A stretch of DNA of 64,000 bases from the human T2T-CHM13v2.0 reference genome, Homo sapiens: NCBI RefSeq assembly GCF_009914755.1, contig NC_060938.1; one strand, 5' to 3'. The notes under the pieces are model-generated. The model worked only from the letters and a program-made list of their open reading frames with translations. It was not told the origin of the DNA and searched no databases. Each line of letters begins with the position of its first letter. Position 1 is the first letter of the stretch. This document shows positions 40,094-58,416 of this stretch, piece by piece. A program made the position numbers and the translations under genes.

Positions 40094-43000
40094 GGTGTGG
40101 ACACTGAGGAAGGGCACAGATATTGGGTGGCTCCTCACCAGGACCTGCAGGAGAAGAGGGGAAGAGCTGCTTTTCATTAGCAGGGAGGGGCCTCATTTCC
40201 ATGTCTTTCTCCTGGGGACATGTGTGTTCTGCTCAGCAGGGCTCATCCAATCTATATCTCTGGGTTGCAAGGAGGGCAGGGTCAAAGGATTCCTGGGACT
40301 GGATGTTCAGGGTTGATGTGTCCATTGCTCTTTCTTTTTCTTTCATGTGGACGCTGTTAGGGTATCTTTATAGTATCAATGTTTGTCAACAAATAAGTAC
40401 AGTAAACAAATAAAAATAAACCTTGCCCAGAGGAAATGGACATCTGCCTGTAGGCTGTGCAATTCGAGCTGTAAACCACTGTCCTCTACAATAAAGCAAA
40501 GTCTTCAGTTAGAATTTTAAAAATGCAGATCTACAAATTGTCAGAGCTGGAGTCCACAATTACTTCTATCCTGAGCTTATTTTGCCACATAGCTGTTCAG
40601 TTTCAGATGTATGTGCTTGTCTGAAGAAAAAGTTAATGCGGGGACATGTGGGCTTATCTGAAATGAATACAGAATCTTACAGGAGATTTGGGAGTGCCTT
40701 GTTTCTTCAATGGGCTCTTGCAGTTGAATGTTGCATCTGAGAATACCAGCAGGTGCATATACTTTCAGAAGAAAGCCCACTCCATATCCACTATTCCAAT
40801 AACACCCATCTTCCCTTCTTCCTAGTTTGTAGCTTTTAGGATGTGCCTCCTACACTGACACTAGGTCCAGGTATCTGACTTTTTCCCCTAGAGACCTAAA
40901 GCAAACAGGATACAAGCAGAGACTTGAGAAGTGCATGCAGGAGGTTATTTTCTTTTTCTCAGATAGAGTCACTGCAAAGGCTTCATGATGAAAGAAGCTG
41001 AGGTCAATGAAGGAGTGTTTAAGACATTGGTCTTAAAAATCATGATGTCAGAGGCTTCAGATTGCTCTACTGTTCTTGTCTCACCCTCTGCCGTTGTCCT
41101 TTAGTTTTCCTGTGTTCTCCTCAGATAGAGTCTGTGCATTGCCACACTTTCACCTTTAATCCAGAGCCATCATCCTGGTTAGAATGGATTGTGCAGTGCA
41201 GGTAAGCACTGCCTGTTCTGACAGTGGAAACCTAGAGACACAGTCAGCTTCCTCTTCTGGCCTATGATCTTGACCAGGCGTCTCCAGGGGAAAAGCTCAT
41301 TTTGGGCGATTACTCCCTTTTTTGTTTTCAGCATCCCTGGATTATTTACTTATATCTTACCTCTATTGGCTAACTTTACTCATTTCTACAATTATGGAAG
41401 AATGGGAGAGAAATCTGCAGTGGGAGATTTGTCTTCCTTCACATAGGATAAGGTTCTGGAAAAGTCCTTTCCTGTAGAAGCTTTTGAAGAAGGCTCGTGG
41501 TATGTTTCTCAGTAATTAATATCTGCAATTTTGATCTATAGGAAATGTCTTTGGAATGTACATTTTAGAATCTTGAGGTTTCTGGAAAGAAATTCCAGAA
41601 AACTTAGAAGTATAAGACCCTCTGGAACTGTTACATTTACTGAGTCCACATCTGTCTTCAGACGTCTGTAGTGCTTACCATGTAAGTGCCCTCAACAGCT
41701 TGTGGCTTCTGCAGCTTCTGCTCCAGTTAAGCAGGTGTCAATTGCCATTCTGCACATGCCTGTCTCTCCAGGTTTGGAGTGGGTAATATTTCTTGCAATT
41801 TCTGTTATTTCATAGATTCCAAAAAGTATTGACATCCAGATTATGCAGATTACTTTTGACATAAAAATGAGGGTGATGAATTTTATAATCTACGTTTTGG
41901 AGCATAAACCAAAAGTACAATCAAACCTCACCTCTGATGTGTTACTAGAGGCAGAATTCTGATCCTATTACATAGAAGTGGCACCTGGCATGACATCAAT
42001 GAACAGGCAAGAAAACAGAGAAAGGACATGGCACAACGCTTATGAACAAGTCTCAACAATTTTAATTTTCTTCTGAAGAAGCTGAAATTGTGAAAGTGAA
42101 ACAGTGGGACTGGTCGTGTCTCAGGTGATGTTGTCTTCTGAAAAGTATCTCCAATCCTGGGCTGGATCTGGTAGGTGCACCTGGGCTCCCTAACCTCAAA
42201 CAGCAACTTTTATTTCTTAAACACAAGACATTCCAATGAGAAAGCTGTTCTCAGGTGAGCTGTCGAGCAGGGAGGAGTAGATGGAGGTGTCTTTGGCTTC
42301 CTAGAAATTGCTGAAACTTGAAGACCAAGGCCACCTCTGAGGGGCAGAGATCCACCTATGAGTACGTCACATCAGCTCTGTCTTCAGGAATCTTTGGCTG
42401 TGTGGGCGGATAAGGAATGTGATATATTCGTTTCTGCTAATGCAGTGTGCTTCAGAGAAAATAAAATTGAAAATTTAATAAAAAGATTTTTGCCATATTA
42501 GGGAAGAGAACCTGTAAAAATCATGGGAATACAAGTGCTGACTTCAGACCTTGCAGAAGGAGCAAGTCTGCAATTGAGAGAAGGAAGCGCCCTGCCCGAG
42601 GAAGCAGGTGCCCTGAGATCATCCCCTGAGAACTGCCCTCTAGATGCCGTGCGTCATGGAACCTGGGCTTGTGCCTGGGATGTGAAAAGTAGTGTGGAGA
42701 GCAGAGCACAGCTCCATTCCTCCTCCTACTGTGACCTAGGATGTGGCCTCTTCCTCTGAGCTTTATTCTAATAAGGCGTTAATATAAAATAACAGCAGTA
42801 ACTTTACCTGTAACCTTTCAAGTATGACCAGTCTTGTTCAGACTTGTTATCACTGTTCTTGACCAAACCCTTAAATATCATAAAAATACCTATGTGACCC
42901 ATCACCTCAGGGCTCAGATGACCACATTACAGAGAGAAGCTCTGTTTTATTTCTGTCACAAACATGGTGTTAGAACTGGAACATATGTGTACCTTGTTAT

Positions 43001-43399
43001 ATAATTTATCTTAATTATGTTAAATTGGATAAAATTAGAATTAGTAAATTATACCTTAGAAATTTAGCTGAGGAGATATCTAAGTAAACTGTTGATGGTA
43101 TGCCTTCATTTCTTTTTGCTTATCATAGTATAATGTGACAGGAGAGAGATAAATTAAAGAGGAAATTATTGAGCAACGTGCAATCAGCTATTTTATAAAT
43201 AAAGGAGGTTCTCACATCTTCTGGAAACCCCATAAATTTTTTAAAAAGTTAAGTAACTTTAAGACATATTTCTACATTCTAGATACATGACTAATGTAAA
43301 CTTAGATTTAAGTGCAAAAAGAGATAAAAAAGAGCAAAAAGAGATGTTACCTGAGCAAGAAACAAAGACAATTAACATGTCTCAGATCTTGAGGAAAAT

Positions 43400-43828
43400 C
43401 AGAATTGTAACTTAAGTTTGATCTACTTTATGACCTTGCAGTGGCGTGGCCAAGGAGACAGGATCTCGCAGGATTTTACAAATTGTGTTTACAAGGAATT
43501 TGAATTGGGAGCATAGATAAGGTCTGCTGGTCACAGAAATACAGACTTAAAAGCCCATAATGTTAAAACATTCCTTTTAGTTTCAGGGGAGGGGGAATGG
43601 AGAGAGGGAGAGAAGACACAGGGAAGCTTACAGCAAAATTTTCACTGTTTATAGCTTTCTTAGGGAAGAAAACACATGCACAAATTGTGATGTTAGGAAT
43701 ATTTTAAGCATATATCTTCAATATTATTCATCCAGGACCAAAGTAAGTCCTGATGCAGGAAATGAGTGAGTTTCACTGCTTTCTGAGCCTCTACTCAACC
43801 CAGGAAGCCCGGCTGACACCTCCTCTCA
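43400..43828 (-). mobile_element. ERV1-type LTR fragment (family not determined)
   Basis: The minus strand starts TGAGAGGAGGTGTCAGCCGGGCTTCCTGGG. Left boundary uncertain. Confidence 0.55.
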
Positions 43829-43863
43829 GAGTTTTCTGCTTAGAAAACCAATAATAACACAAA

Positions 43864-44436
43864 TGTTACTGGAAAGGGATCCCAATTGGGGCAAATCTAC
43901 AGAATAAAAGGAAAGCAAGTTTATTAGGAAAGTAAGAGAATAAAGAATGGCTACTATATAGGCAGAGAAGTGGTATGGGCTGCTGGTTGTCCATTTTTAT
44001 GGTTATTTCTTGATTATACGTTAAACAAAAGAAGGATTATTCATGAATTCCCCGGGCAATTCCCAAAGCTGAGGTTTCCTCCACTCTTTAGTTTCTAGGG
44101 AAACTTCCTGATGTTGCTATGGCATTTGTAAACTGTCATGGCTCTGTGGGGAGTGTCTTTTAGAATGTTAAAGCATAATACTTAGCATATAATGAGCAAT
44201 GAGGACAAACAGAGGTCACTTTTGTCACCATCTTGGTTTTGGTGGGCTTCAGCCAGTTTCTTTACTGTAAACTTTATTAGCAAGGTCTTTATGACCTGGA
44301 TCTTGTGCAGACCTCCTATCTCATCCTGTGACTAAGAACGCCTTAGCTTACTGGGAATGTAGCCCAGCAGGTCTCAGTCTTATTTTTCCTACCCCTTATT
44401 CAAGATGAAGTTGTTCTGGTTCCAAAGCCTCTGACA
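43864..44436 (-). mobile_element. MER41-type solo LTR
   Basis: TGTCAGAGGCTTTGGAACCAGAACAACTTCATCTTGAATA...GTAACA, with TSD CAAA (43860-43863 / 44437-44440). Confidence 0.88.
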
Positions 44437-44862
44437 CAAATAATGTAACAGAAATATTTATAATATGAGCATGATTATATTGTCAAATATAAAATAAAAT
44501 ATCATAATGGCAACAATCAATTTTATGTGTCACCTTGACTAGACCACAGTCTCAACTACTCAATCACACACTAGCCTAGGTGTTGCTCCCATGGCTTAAC
44601 ACAGGTGTTAGTAGAGACTGCCATTATTTTTTCCCAGTCATGAAGTCACAAAGAGTGTTTTAGATAATCTAGGTGGTGCTGATTCAAAGAGAGTGTAACA
44701 GAAGACCATAGGACTCCGTGGTAGATGGCAGATGCAGGTCTTCCCAGGAATTCCAGCCTGTCTTTCCCGACGGCCAGCAGTATTGACCTTAGGCTGCCCG
44801 GGGAGACCCTACGATTACTGTCACCCAGAGCTCACTGCACAATGGAGTGTCCATCCTCAGCT

Positions 44863-45423
44863 TGTTGTAACCGAGCGAGTTAGAGAGAAACGCCGCACTT
44901 TGAGATGAATTCAGGAGTCCTTTATTAGCTGGCAACTGAGAGATGGCTAACGCTGGAAATTCTCTCAGCCCCGAAGAAGGTGCTAGATTTTCTTTTATAC
45001 TTTGGTTTAGAGAGGGGAGGGGGAGCCTAACTGTAGCATTCTAACAGAAGTAAAACAGGCAAAAAAGTTGAAAGGACAAATGGTTACAGGCAAACAGTTC
45101 CAGGTGCAGGGGCTTTAAATTCATCACAAGATGATAGGTGTGGGGGCTCTGGGTGTTATCTGCCAGACAGAAATGCAGGGGCTTTAGGGTACCATCACCT
45201 GGCCAAATTCCTGGGAACTACGGACACAGCTTGCCACAGTACCTTATCAGTTAATCGCACTCTTTGAGATGCTGGGAGTCAGCTTAAACAAGTTAAGTCC
45301 TTGAGGAAGGGGGTGGGTGAGGAGCCCTTGATGTCTTACAAATGAAGGAGCCAAATGGAGTCTGTTCCAGCTTCCTGAGCTAAGGGAGAGTCTATTCATA
45401 TTAAAACAAGATAAGGTATCACA
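44863..45423 (-). mobile_element. LTR6-type (HERV-S71) solo LTR
   Basis: The plus strand reads TGTTGTAACCGAGCGAGTTAGAGAGAAACGCCGCACTTTGAGA...GTATCACA, with TSD AGCT (44859-44862 / 45424-45427). Confidence 0.8.
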
Positions 45424-46253
45424 AGCTCTCCTCAAAGTCACAGGTGAGAGTCCAAACTTTGTGACAGTGTGAGAAGCATAAGATCAGCTCTACATCAACA
45501 TCCCATTGGAGAAAACTAGTATTATTCCCTTCATGACTAATGCCTGCTTCATTTTCCAAATGCCTCCATGCACAGAAGACAGCAGGATTTTCCAGGCAAT
45601 AGTGAGTGAGGAAGACCCCTCAGCCTACCCAGCTCCTGCAGACCTGAGCCTTGGAATTTAGACTACAGAAAACACATCCTCTGTTTTCAGGAAAGAGAAG
45701 AAGAAAGGGATCTGTGAGAATCAAGTCTACTGGGAAGGAAAATGGATTAGCAGAAAGAGGGTCAACTGAATCAGTCTGAGTCAGATGTGCCCAGTTTCAC
45801 AAGATGAAGGGGGATTGCTGTGAAAACCATCAGGTTTTAAGAACCCTGACCCTGGGTGAGCCTCTCTTTTGGCTCCCATCAGAACTCAAAGCCTGTTCTA
45901 ATCAGAGATTCCCATGGAGGTCTCTGCCCTGAGTCTAATTGGAAAACATTCCCCAGGTTTCCCTGGGATTCCTCAAAACTCTCACCCTGTTGACCACGAA
46001 AGGATTATTTCTGCCCCCAAAGTGACACTGTGGCTTCTGTGGAGGTGAGGATGTGTCCTCCTGTTTTTAAAAAAAAAAAAACAGACACAAAAAGGAAAAA
46101 AAAGGTTGCATTTAGAGACATCAAATATTAGTACAGGATTGTAAATCTGGAGAAGTTCCCTGGGGAAATTTGACAATGAGGCCGCCCCAGGCCATGACAG
46201 GAAGCCAGCCCTCAGCAGCACCTGCACCTGCCCTGGAGACAGCCCTGTGCTCA

Positions 46254-46791
<538 letters not shown>

Positions 46792-46890
46792 GGTGAGTCC
46801 TCTGTGTTCAGTGCTGATCACCAAGTGGAAATGCCTTGGAATCCAGGGCTAAGGCACCTCTCTGAGAGCTGCAGGGTCAGGGTTGGGTTG

Positions 46891-46940
46891 GTTTTCATCA
46901 GTAGAGGGAGGGCCCTATTTGCATATCTCCTACTATATAG
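46891..46940 (-). promoter_or_regulatory. IGHV3-48 promoter
   Basis: ATGCAAAT at 46917-46924, an IGHV3-type ATGAAAA element at 46892-46898, and TATATAG upstream. Confidence 0.9.
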
Positions 46941-47917
46941 CAAGCTCTAGGGTGGGACCCTTGAGGAGTAGGCTGTACCCAGATAAGACGACGGTGCCCT
47001 GTAGAAGTTTGCTGGCAATGATTGCATTTGGAAAATATGCTGTCTTATTATGAAATTGTGCTGTGATAAACACTTTGCACTAATCACCCTATTTCATTTT
47101 AAATATTCATGTAAACTATGTTCTGTAGGAGACAATATTTTCTCCATTTACAGAAGTGGAAGTAAACCCACACATGGGGGGGCTCTGTATGCATCTAGGA
47201 GCTCATGTCTGGGATGAGTGAACCCCGGTATCTGGCCCTGTGCTCTTCATCACTGTCTCTGACATCCCCCTAAACCAACTCCAGGACAAAGCTGGATGTG
47301 TCTAGTGTTTTTATCAGAACCCACTTTCCGTAATAAGAGCATGTGTGGTTTTGCTGCCCTCCAGCACTCTTCTGAAAATATGGAGAGAACTAGGATCCAG
47401 GCACATTAATTTTCAGGTACTTCTGACATTGAACTTATTTTTTCTATCTTTCTATTACTCTTTCCTTGTCTAAGTTTCCATTTGTTTGCTTGTAAGACAT
47501 TTTATGAGGCTTAATTGAAAGATGATAAACTTCACATATTTAAAATGTACAACTAATAAAAATGATGTAACTGCTATCATTATCAAGAAAGTGGACAAGT
47601 GAATTCTTCTCAACATTTCCCCTTGTTCTGCTGTATTCCTCCTCCTCTCCCCCTCCCTTCTTCTACCATTTCCCCAGGCAACTACTTATCTTCATTATTT
47701 TACTTCAGATGCATTTTTATTTATCAGAATTTATAAAAATGAAATTACATAGTATATATTCTTATTTGTTTAGCTTATTTTACTCAACATAAATACTTAG
47801 ATATTTTACCTTGTTGCTCTGTGTATCAGGCATTAATTTATTATAAATGACGGGTAGTATTCCAGTGAACACATTTACCATAATTTGTTTTTCTATTAAG
47901 AAGCTTAACAATATTTG

Positions 47918-48876
47918 TCTGGGCGGCAAGCCACCCAGGTGCTGAGGCAAGAGACTGAGGGCACAAGCTGTTCTAGTGTAATGAAGAGAATATGTAAAAT
48001 AAGAATAGTTGTACTAGTAATAGGTTATAGATATGTTTATATATGAATATCATTAATCATCAGTCTGTAGCATTACTCTTTATTCCAACATTATAATAAT
48101 CCTTGCTCTACAATTATAACCTAGGAAAAACCAGGCCATACAGCAATAGGAGCTGAAGGGACACGGTGAGAAGTGACCAGAAGACAGGAGTGTGAGCCTC
48201 TGTCACGCCCGGACAGGGCCACTAGAGGGCTCCTCAGTCTAGTGGTAGCGCCAGTGCCTGGGAAGGCACCCATTACTTAGAAGACCTGGAAAGGGAGTCT
48301 CCCTTTCCCCGGGGGAGTTAGAGAAGACTCTGCTCCACCACCTCTTGTGGAAGGCCTGACATCAGTCAAACCTGCCCGCAGCCCTCCAGAGGCCTAAACG
48401 TCTCTCTGTGATGCTGTGCTTCAGCGGTCACACTCCTGTTTCACTTTCATGTTCCACTCTGTACACCTGGCTCCGCCCTCTAGATAGCAGTAGCAGAATT
48501 AGTGAAAGTATTAAAGTCTTTGATCTTTCTGAGAAGAGAATGGAAGAAATAATGACCTAAGCTGTCCTCTCTCTCTCTCCGCCTCGGCTGCCAAACAGGG
48601 AAGTGCCCTCTGTCTGGTGGACACGTGACCCACATGACCTTATCAATCATTGCAGATGACTCACACTCCTTACCCTTCCCCTTTTGCCTTGTATCCAATA
48701 AATAACAGCAGAGCCAGGCATTTGGGGCCACTTCTAGTCTGTGTCTTGGTGGTAGTGGTCCCCTGGGCCCGGCTGTTTTTTCTTCTATCTCTTTGTCTTG
48801 TGCCTTTATTTCTATGATCTCTCATCTCTGCACATGGGGAGAAAGATCCACAGACCCTGTAGGGCTGGCCCCTACA
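47918..48876 (+). mobile_element. Complete LTR13-like (ERVK-class) solo LTR
   Basis: T(C)TGGGCGGCAAGCCACCCAGGTGC...GGGCTGGCCCCTACA, with a perfect 6-bp TSD TATTTG (47912-47917 / 48877-48882). Confidence 0.88.
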
Positions 48877-48944
48877 TATTTGCATTCTTTTTTTACTCTG
48901 GGTCTTATTAAAAATTCTTCTACACAGCTTGGAAATGTACATAG

Positions 48945-49313
<369 letters not shown>

Positions 49314-49999
49314 ATTTTTTAAAAATAATACTTTAGATACTTGAAGTTTTAAGATAAACAGCAAATGTGAAATCTAGGGAGAGGCAAGTTCTTGTAAAGA
49401 GTAACAAAGCTGGGGTATGAGCTGAACTGAGGCAGAGTATGGCATGTAAAATGTAGGCTATTACAAGATGAAAACACACATATATATTGGATTTCTTGAA
49501 GTCAAGTGTGGTAAATGTGTTGTAGGGTGAATTTCTAAGGGACCACAGACTGAAGAGTTTTCCTATCCTATTGAATCCTTTTTCCCCAAAATGGGGACAG
49601 TCACCAAAATTGTTCTGTCCCATTGTGTCTGTCTAGGAGAGAAAAAGTGCCCACCCTTCTGAAAAGTGTTCAGACCCACCTTCCATATCCCCACTGGAGA
49701 ACAAAGAAATTATTCTGGAGGGGCAAGCCACCAAAACCAGTATCTTAGGGGCACTGGGGCAATCCCTTAGGAACTGAGATGGGAAAAGAGGTCTTCACCT
49801 AAGTTCCATTGAGAAGTATCTCCCCTCCTTCTTATTTAATCAGAGCCTTAATCTGCAGTTCTAGTCAGCAAATCTGTAAGGTGATAACACAAAAAGAGAA
49901 CATTGGAGCTGCGGGAGGGAACAACTGGGGAAAACAAGAGGACTCCACAGCAGGGAAAAGAGCAAGAACACACAGACCAACATCTCATCTGGAGGAAGT

Positions 50000-52719
<2,720 letters not shown>

Positions 52720-55454
52720 TTGAGCTTATTTCACATGCTTGGTAGTAATCCTTTGTCATATTAATAGTTTTCAATATTGTCTATCATCTGCAGGTCCTCT
52801 CTTAACTCAATTGTTTCCTTCAGTGTGCAGGAGCTACTCTTTCTTGATAGAACCTGGACAGGTGTGCTGAGGTGCTCTGGGACATTGGAGGGGAAGAGAT
52901 GGACCCAATATCCAGAACCAGGTGACTTTTACTCACCATGTAGTTCTGAGTTTATCGTTTGAGCAGATGCAGAAATTTGTCCAGGACTTCTGGGGGGTAA
53001 AGAATTTGAAGGGAGAATGATATAGCTTATTAGTCAAATAAATGAAGATATCATAATTGTGCATATATTCTTGTAAGTGGGGGTAGCTCAGCAGTGTGTC
53101 TTCATCTGCAGAAAAGAGGAAATTATGTCTGCTGTGAAAAGAATGCATGATTTTTGACATATGTGGTTATTATTAATGACAACTGAGCCTGGATACTAGG
53201 TCATGTTATAATACTAGTGGAAAGACTCAATAGAAGAAAAAATGTCATAGCAACAAAAACGAAGCCCCGAAGATTTGAATGAAATGGCTTCAAATATTAC
53301 TAGTCATGAACATGCCAAGAAAAATCAACTGCCATAATCAGAAGTATAATTCATGACCACTCATGTGATTCATGTTGGGAAAATATAAAATATCCATTTA
53401 ATGGCTCATGACCACCTCACAAAATGACTCAGAGAAGAAGTTAAGAACAGAGGGTGACCTTACAAGAAGCAGAGGCCAAACATTTGAGGAGAGGTAGAAT
53501 GTGTGTCAGAATTGTGAGAAGTAGAAACCTGAACTCTGCAGAGAAGTAGCAGTGATCAAAGGCAGTGCTGAGTCCACTTGAGTTTAGTGGTGAATACAGA
53601 AAAGGTAGATTTCTCTGCCCTCATTGTTTTTGTTCTCAAGACTCTCTTGGAAGCTCAGTTGTGAACATTGGAAATCTACTTAAAACTTAATCATGGCAAG
53701 CAATTTTTCACTGAAGAAAATGGTAACAATGTGGGGGTAATTAAATTTTGGTTATAAATATTAGTTGTTGAAACCTCCACGTCAGTCTCTAGTAATTTCT
53801 ATCATAAAATGCTCAGCCCCATCAATGGAGTCTTCTTACCCTATCAGGGATGAGTGTCCATGTGGGCACGTGGTGCAGTCACGGAGGCTGGGGAGATGGT
53901 CTGTCCAGGCTTTCCTGGTCCTTCAGATGAGAATTGCAGAGTTGTCTCCTCCCCTATTCCCACCAATTTTCATATTATTTCATGTGACCCTTGAGAATGT
54001 ATTGCCATGTCTCTACATAATAGGAGTCAAATCTGGCATGAAGCTGACATTCTGGGTGTATCAGTGTAGAACTGGGCAAAGAAACTGCCTGCATACATGA
54101 ACTATTGCATTATCCAGGCCTGGAGCCTCTCACATCTAGGCTTTGAATTTTATTCTTGATTGTCTGTGTTGTTTAGTCAGTTCAAATGTTCTTTTTAACT
54201 TTCTACTGAATGTTAACTTTCTCACATAATAATCTAGAGGCATAAACACTAAAAAATTACTTATTTGGAAATTAACCCAAGTTCCAGGTGAGGCCATAGT
54301 TTGTGGTGATAATGAGACAGGGAGAAGCATAGCTGGAAACTATGACTGTGCTTATAAATGCTTCATGTTAACAGGGAAGACCCTGTACACCTAAGAGATT
54401 TAGACACTGCCACTGAGAACCTCGACCTAATATTATTTGTTATGAATTGCACCTCAATGATAAAACTCTAGGTTTCTGACTAGAATTGCTATTACTAATG
54501 TAAGCTTTTCTTTGGAATACAGCCCTCTATCTGATGTAAAATCAGCCCAGATGGCAGAAGTGATTGTATTTATTAGAACTTCCAATTTGTCAAACTAGGA
54601 AACAAACACATTTTAGGGCAGTGCATGGCTTTGGGATGCTTTGTTAACAACAGAGCATCTCATATGTTCTGGAACACCCACCAAAATGGGCAAGTTAGGG
54701 AACTCTTAGAAGCACTCCTTTATCCCAGATTCCTGGCAAATATAAAGACGGTAGTCATTGCCAAAAGAGGTAACATTGAAGCTAAGAAAACTGCCACAGC
54801 AGATCATATACTCAGAAGAGAAAACTGCTGAGAGGGTCACAGATGTTATTAAAGCATATCAGTGCTTAGATCCTGATTTTAAATAAAAATAAATGAAAAA
54901 ACATCTAGTTATTGAATTTGCTTAGATAATTTGTGCCAGATTATTACAAATTAATATTTGATGTATTTCAACTCTTCAATTTATAGACAAATTCATTATC
55001 CAATTAAACACTTTGAGGAAACAGCAGAGGTTAATTCTTGATGAAGTGTAACAAGACAGCCACAAAATCCTGGGAGAACCCTATCATTGGGACCTAGACA
55101 GAAACCAAGCCACAGGGCCCTTTGGACACATTTAGGTAAAATTTCCTCAATTTCCACCTTTAAGGGGATGTGAAAGTATTTTATTTATAATCTATATGTG
55201 TTCTCCGTGTCTTGAAATAATTCATTGACAAAAGGCTACAGCCCTTTCAGTTGGTTAAACGCTTCGGTATTTTGTGTTTTTAGCCTGTCACCTGCCAGGT
55301 TTTGCATGAACTGAGTGAAGTACACCCATGAAAGGAACTATTATAAAATGATTCTGTGAGGTATGGCTGATACTAAAGTATGACACTGTTATAACCTCCC
55401 ACAATCTTCCACATAAGTTTATGGGTATCCATGTGCAGAAGAAAATAAATGGAC

Positions 55455-55575
55455 TGGCTAGACACAGTGACTCACTCCTGTAATATCAGCAGTTTGGGAG
55501 GCCAAGGCGGGCAGATCAAGAGGTCAAGAGTTCTAGACCAAGCCTGGTCAACATGCTGAAACCCTGTCTCTAATA
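55455..55575 (+). mobile_element. Alu left-arm fragment
   Basis: ggctagacacagtgactcactcctgtaat...tttgggaggccaaggcgggcagatc...aaaccctgtctcta. Confidence 0.75.
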
Positions 55576-56769
55576 AGGTGTTCTTACATTAAAATTATCA
55601 CAATTTTAAGGAACCCTTGAACTCCCTTGGCGACATGTACTCCTACTAGCACTGTGGCATTATGGTCCTCTGCCTCAAGGATGTATCTGTTATTGCCCCA
55701 TGACTTGATGGCTGGAACAAATACATTTAGAGATTTTACCTCCAGTACTAGCCTTTGCCATACAGTATTTGGATGAGGCAGAACACTCAAAGAGATTCAT
55801 GTATTATGCTCATTCCTATCACCAATAGATTAAAGCTGCCATTCCAGTATGTCTTTTTAACAACAGCCTGTTTCAATTTTAGGCAGGAAAATTTATGTAT
55901 TAGAAAAAATTTTAGAGAAAAACTTTCCTTGAAACACTGGAAGGAATCTTATTAAATATTTTTATGAACACTACAGTAAAACTCCATGGAGTCAGTCCTT
56001 GGGATTTGTTTTGCAATTCAATAAGGAATTAAAAATTCCACACAAATGGAACACTACTCCCATAGAGGGAATTTGTACATACTTAATTAATAGTCCAACC
56101 TTCACTAAGAGGCACTCTCCTATGGGAATCCAAAACTTAACAGATCTCTGTAACCTGCTGAAGTCTCAATGGACTTTACCTCTATGCAGCCATAAATGCA
56201 AAGGCAAATTTTGTATTTTTGTGCGTGAGTGATCTGGACACACCCTTTGCATTTTAACTGAATTTCATGGAAACATGATTACTTACTAGGAACTCATATT
56301 TAATGGTATTCAAAAACTCATCACCCTTGTGATGGGGTGACAATAGGTGCCTTGGAGAAATATGCTGATGCTTCACTTGAACAAGTTCTAGACTCTTCCC
56401 TTGGCTTCATGGTTTCTCACTCAGTACAGATATGTCTAGGAACAAAACCCAACACTGACATCCAGCAGTTTCTTCTCTTGTGAAATTTATTTGTTTCTTT
56501 GTTTTCCTGTCTTTCTCTTATTCTCTCTCTTGCCTTCTCATTATGATTTTCGCTGTATCATTCTGAAACCTGCTAACATTACGCATCTTGAATCATGCCA
56601 ATTTCCAGCCTCAAAAAGAAAAAGGTGCAAACTCATAATTTTCTTAACAAGGTTAGAAAACTTCCTGCCTTTCCACCAGATTCATTAGAGACTCCCAATG
56701 AGAATCATGATGAAATGTTGTGTGTTTTTGGATCATACCTCAAAACTGAAACTGCTTTTTATAATGGTT

Positions 56770-58416
56770 TTTCCGTTTGTATTTCCACTATTGTGCAAAG
56801 TTGTATGAAGACTCCAAAATAAAAGAAAAATAGAAATAACTGATGACTCAGCAAATCCTATTCTGAGTATGTTCTAAAGAAGATAAAATCACTGCCTCAT
56901 AAAGGCATGTGCACTCCAAGTTCTTGCAGCTCTATTCACAATAGCCCAGATATGAAAGCAACCTCAGTGTCTGTAGGTGGAGAAATGGATATAAAAATAT
57001 AATCGATGTAGGCAATAGAATATTATTCAGCCATAAATGTTGATATCTTGTCATTTGCAACAATATGAATGGAAGTGGAAGCCATAATGTTAAGTTAAAT
57101 AAACCAAACACAGAAAGACAAATATTGCATCTTCTTACTTTTATGTCACAACTAAAACATTGGATTTCCTGAAGACAGAGAGTAGATTGTTGTTTACCAG
57201 AAGCCTGGTTGGATACAAGAGAGAAGAGGATAAAGAGAAGATGATTACTGAAGACAGATATACAGTTATATAGGAGAAATACAACCTAAATGTTTGACAG
57301 ATGAGTAAGGTGACTATAGTTAACGATAATCTAATGTATACGTTAAAATGGCCAGAAGAGAGTCGTTCAAATGTGCCTAGCATAAAGAAAATATACACGT
57401 TTAATGTGATAGATATACCAATCCTGATCTGATCTTTACACGTTTATAAATGCATCAATATATTACATGTTCCCATAAATTAGGTATATCTATTATATGC
57501 CTATAAAATAAATATATAATCTCCATGGCATGGTTTTACAAAAATATTAAAAAGTTCTCCAATTTATGTAAAAATACAAAAGCTTTAAATAGCCAAAATA
57601 ATTTTGGGTAAAATATAACTGAATATATCATATTCTATAATTTCAAAATCAAATCTATGTAAATCAAAACAGTATAATGCTGACATTTAAACAGACATAG
57701 AATCCAACAGAACATTACAGACAATCTGGAAGTCCACCAATTTCTTCCCAATAAACTGATCTTTGATGAACTGCCAAGAACACACAATAGAGAAGAAACA
57801 GTCTCTTCAACAAGTGCTGTGAAAACTGGGCATCCATATGCGGAAGAAAAAAAATTGACCTTATCTCACACAATACATATAAATCAGCTAAAAATGGATT
57901 TAAGACTTAAACAAAGACCTGAATATGTGGTACAAAGTTATCCATGTATGGTTTGGAACAAAATGCAAATTAGTACAGCCATTATGAAAAAACAGCATGA
58001 AGATTACTCAATGAATTGAACATAGAATATACCCACTTCTGAGTATACATCTAGAGAAAATAAAGTGAGTGTGACAAATATATGTTTATTGTGAGATTAT
58101 TCATAATAGCCTAGATATAGAAAATAGGTCAATGTCCATCTATGAATCAACAGATAAAATGTGGCTTATTCCTACCTAAAAGTGAATATTATTCTGCCTT
58201 TAAAAACGAGGAAATTCTAACATTTACAACACATAGAGGACACTTTGCTAAGTGGAGTGAGACACAGAGAGTCAAATGTTGCATGAACACATTTATATGT
58301 AGAATCTAAAATATTCATGTTCTTGGAAGCAAAGTAGAATAGTAGTTCCCAGGGGCTGGGAGGAGGAAAAAATTGGGTGATGTTGGTCAGAGGTTATAAC
58401 TTTCAGTTATGCAGGT
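56770..58416 (+). mobile_element. L1M 3' fragments (continuing at ~60780-61050 after the MaLR insertion)
   Basis: L1 3' motifs (ctattcacaatagcccagatatg; cagaaagacaaatattgcat; gaaacagtctcttcaacaagtgctg). Confidence 0.7.

Noticed and set aside
44040-44075. MER41 as a STAT1/IFN-gamma-inducible enhancer
   Set aside because: The region that carries TTCNNNGAA sites in responsive copies reads TTCCCCGGGCAATTCCCAAAG here, so there is no intact GAS motif.
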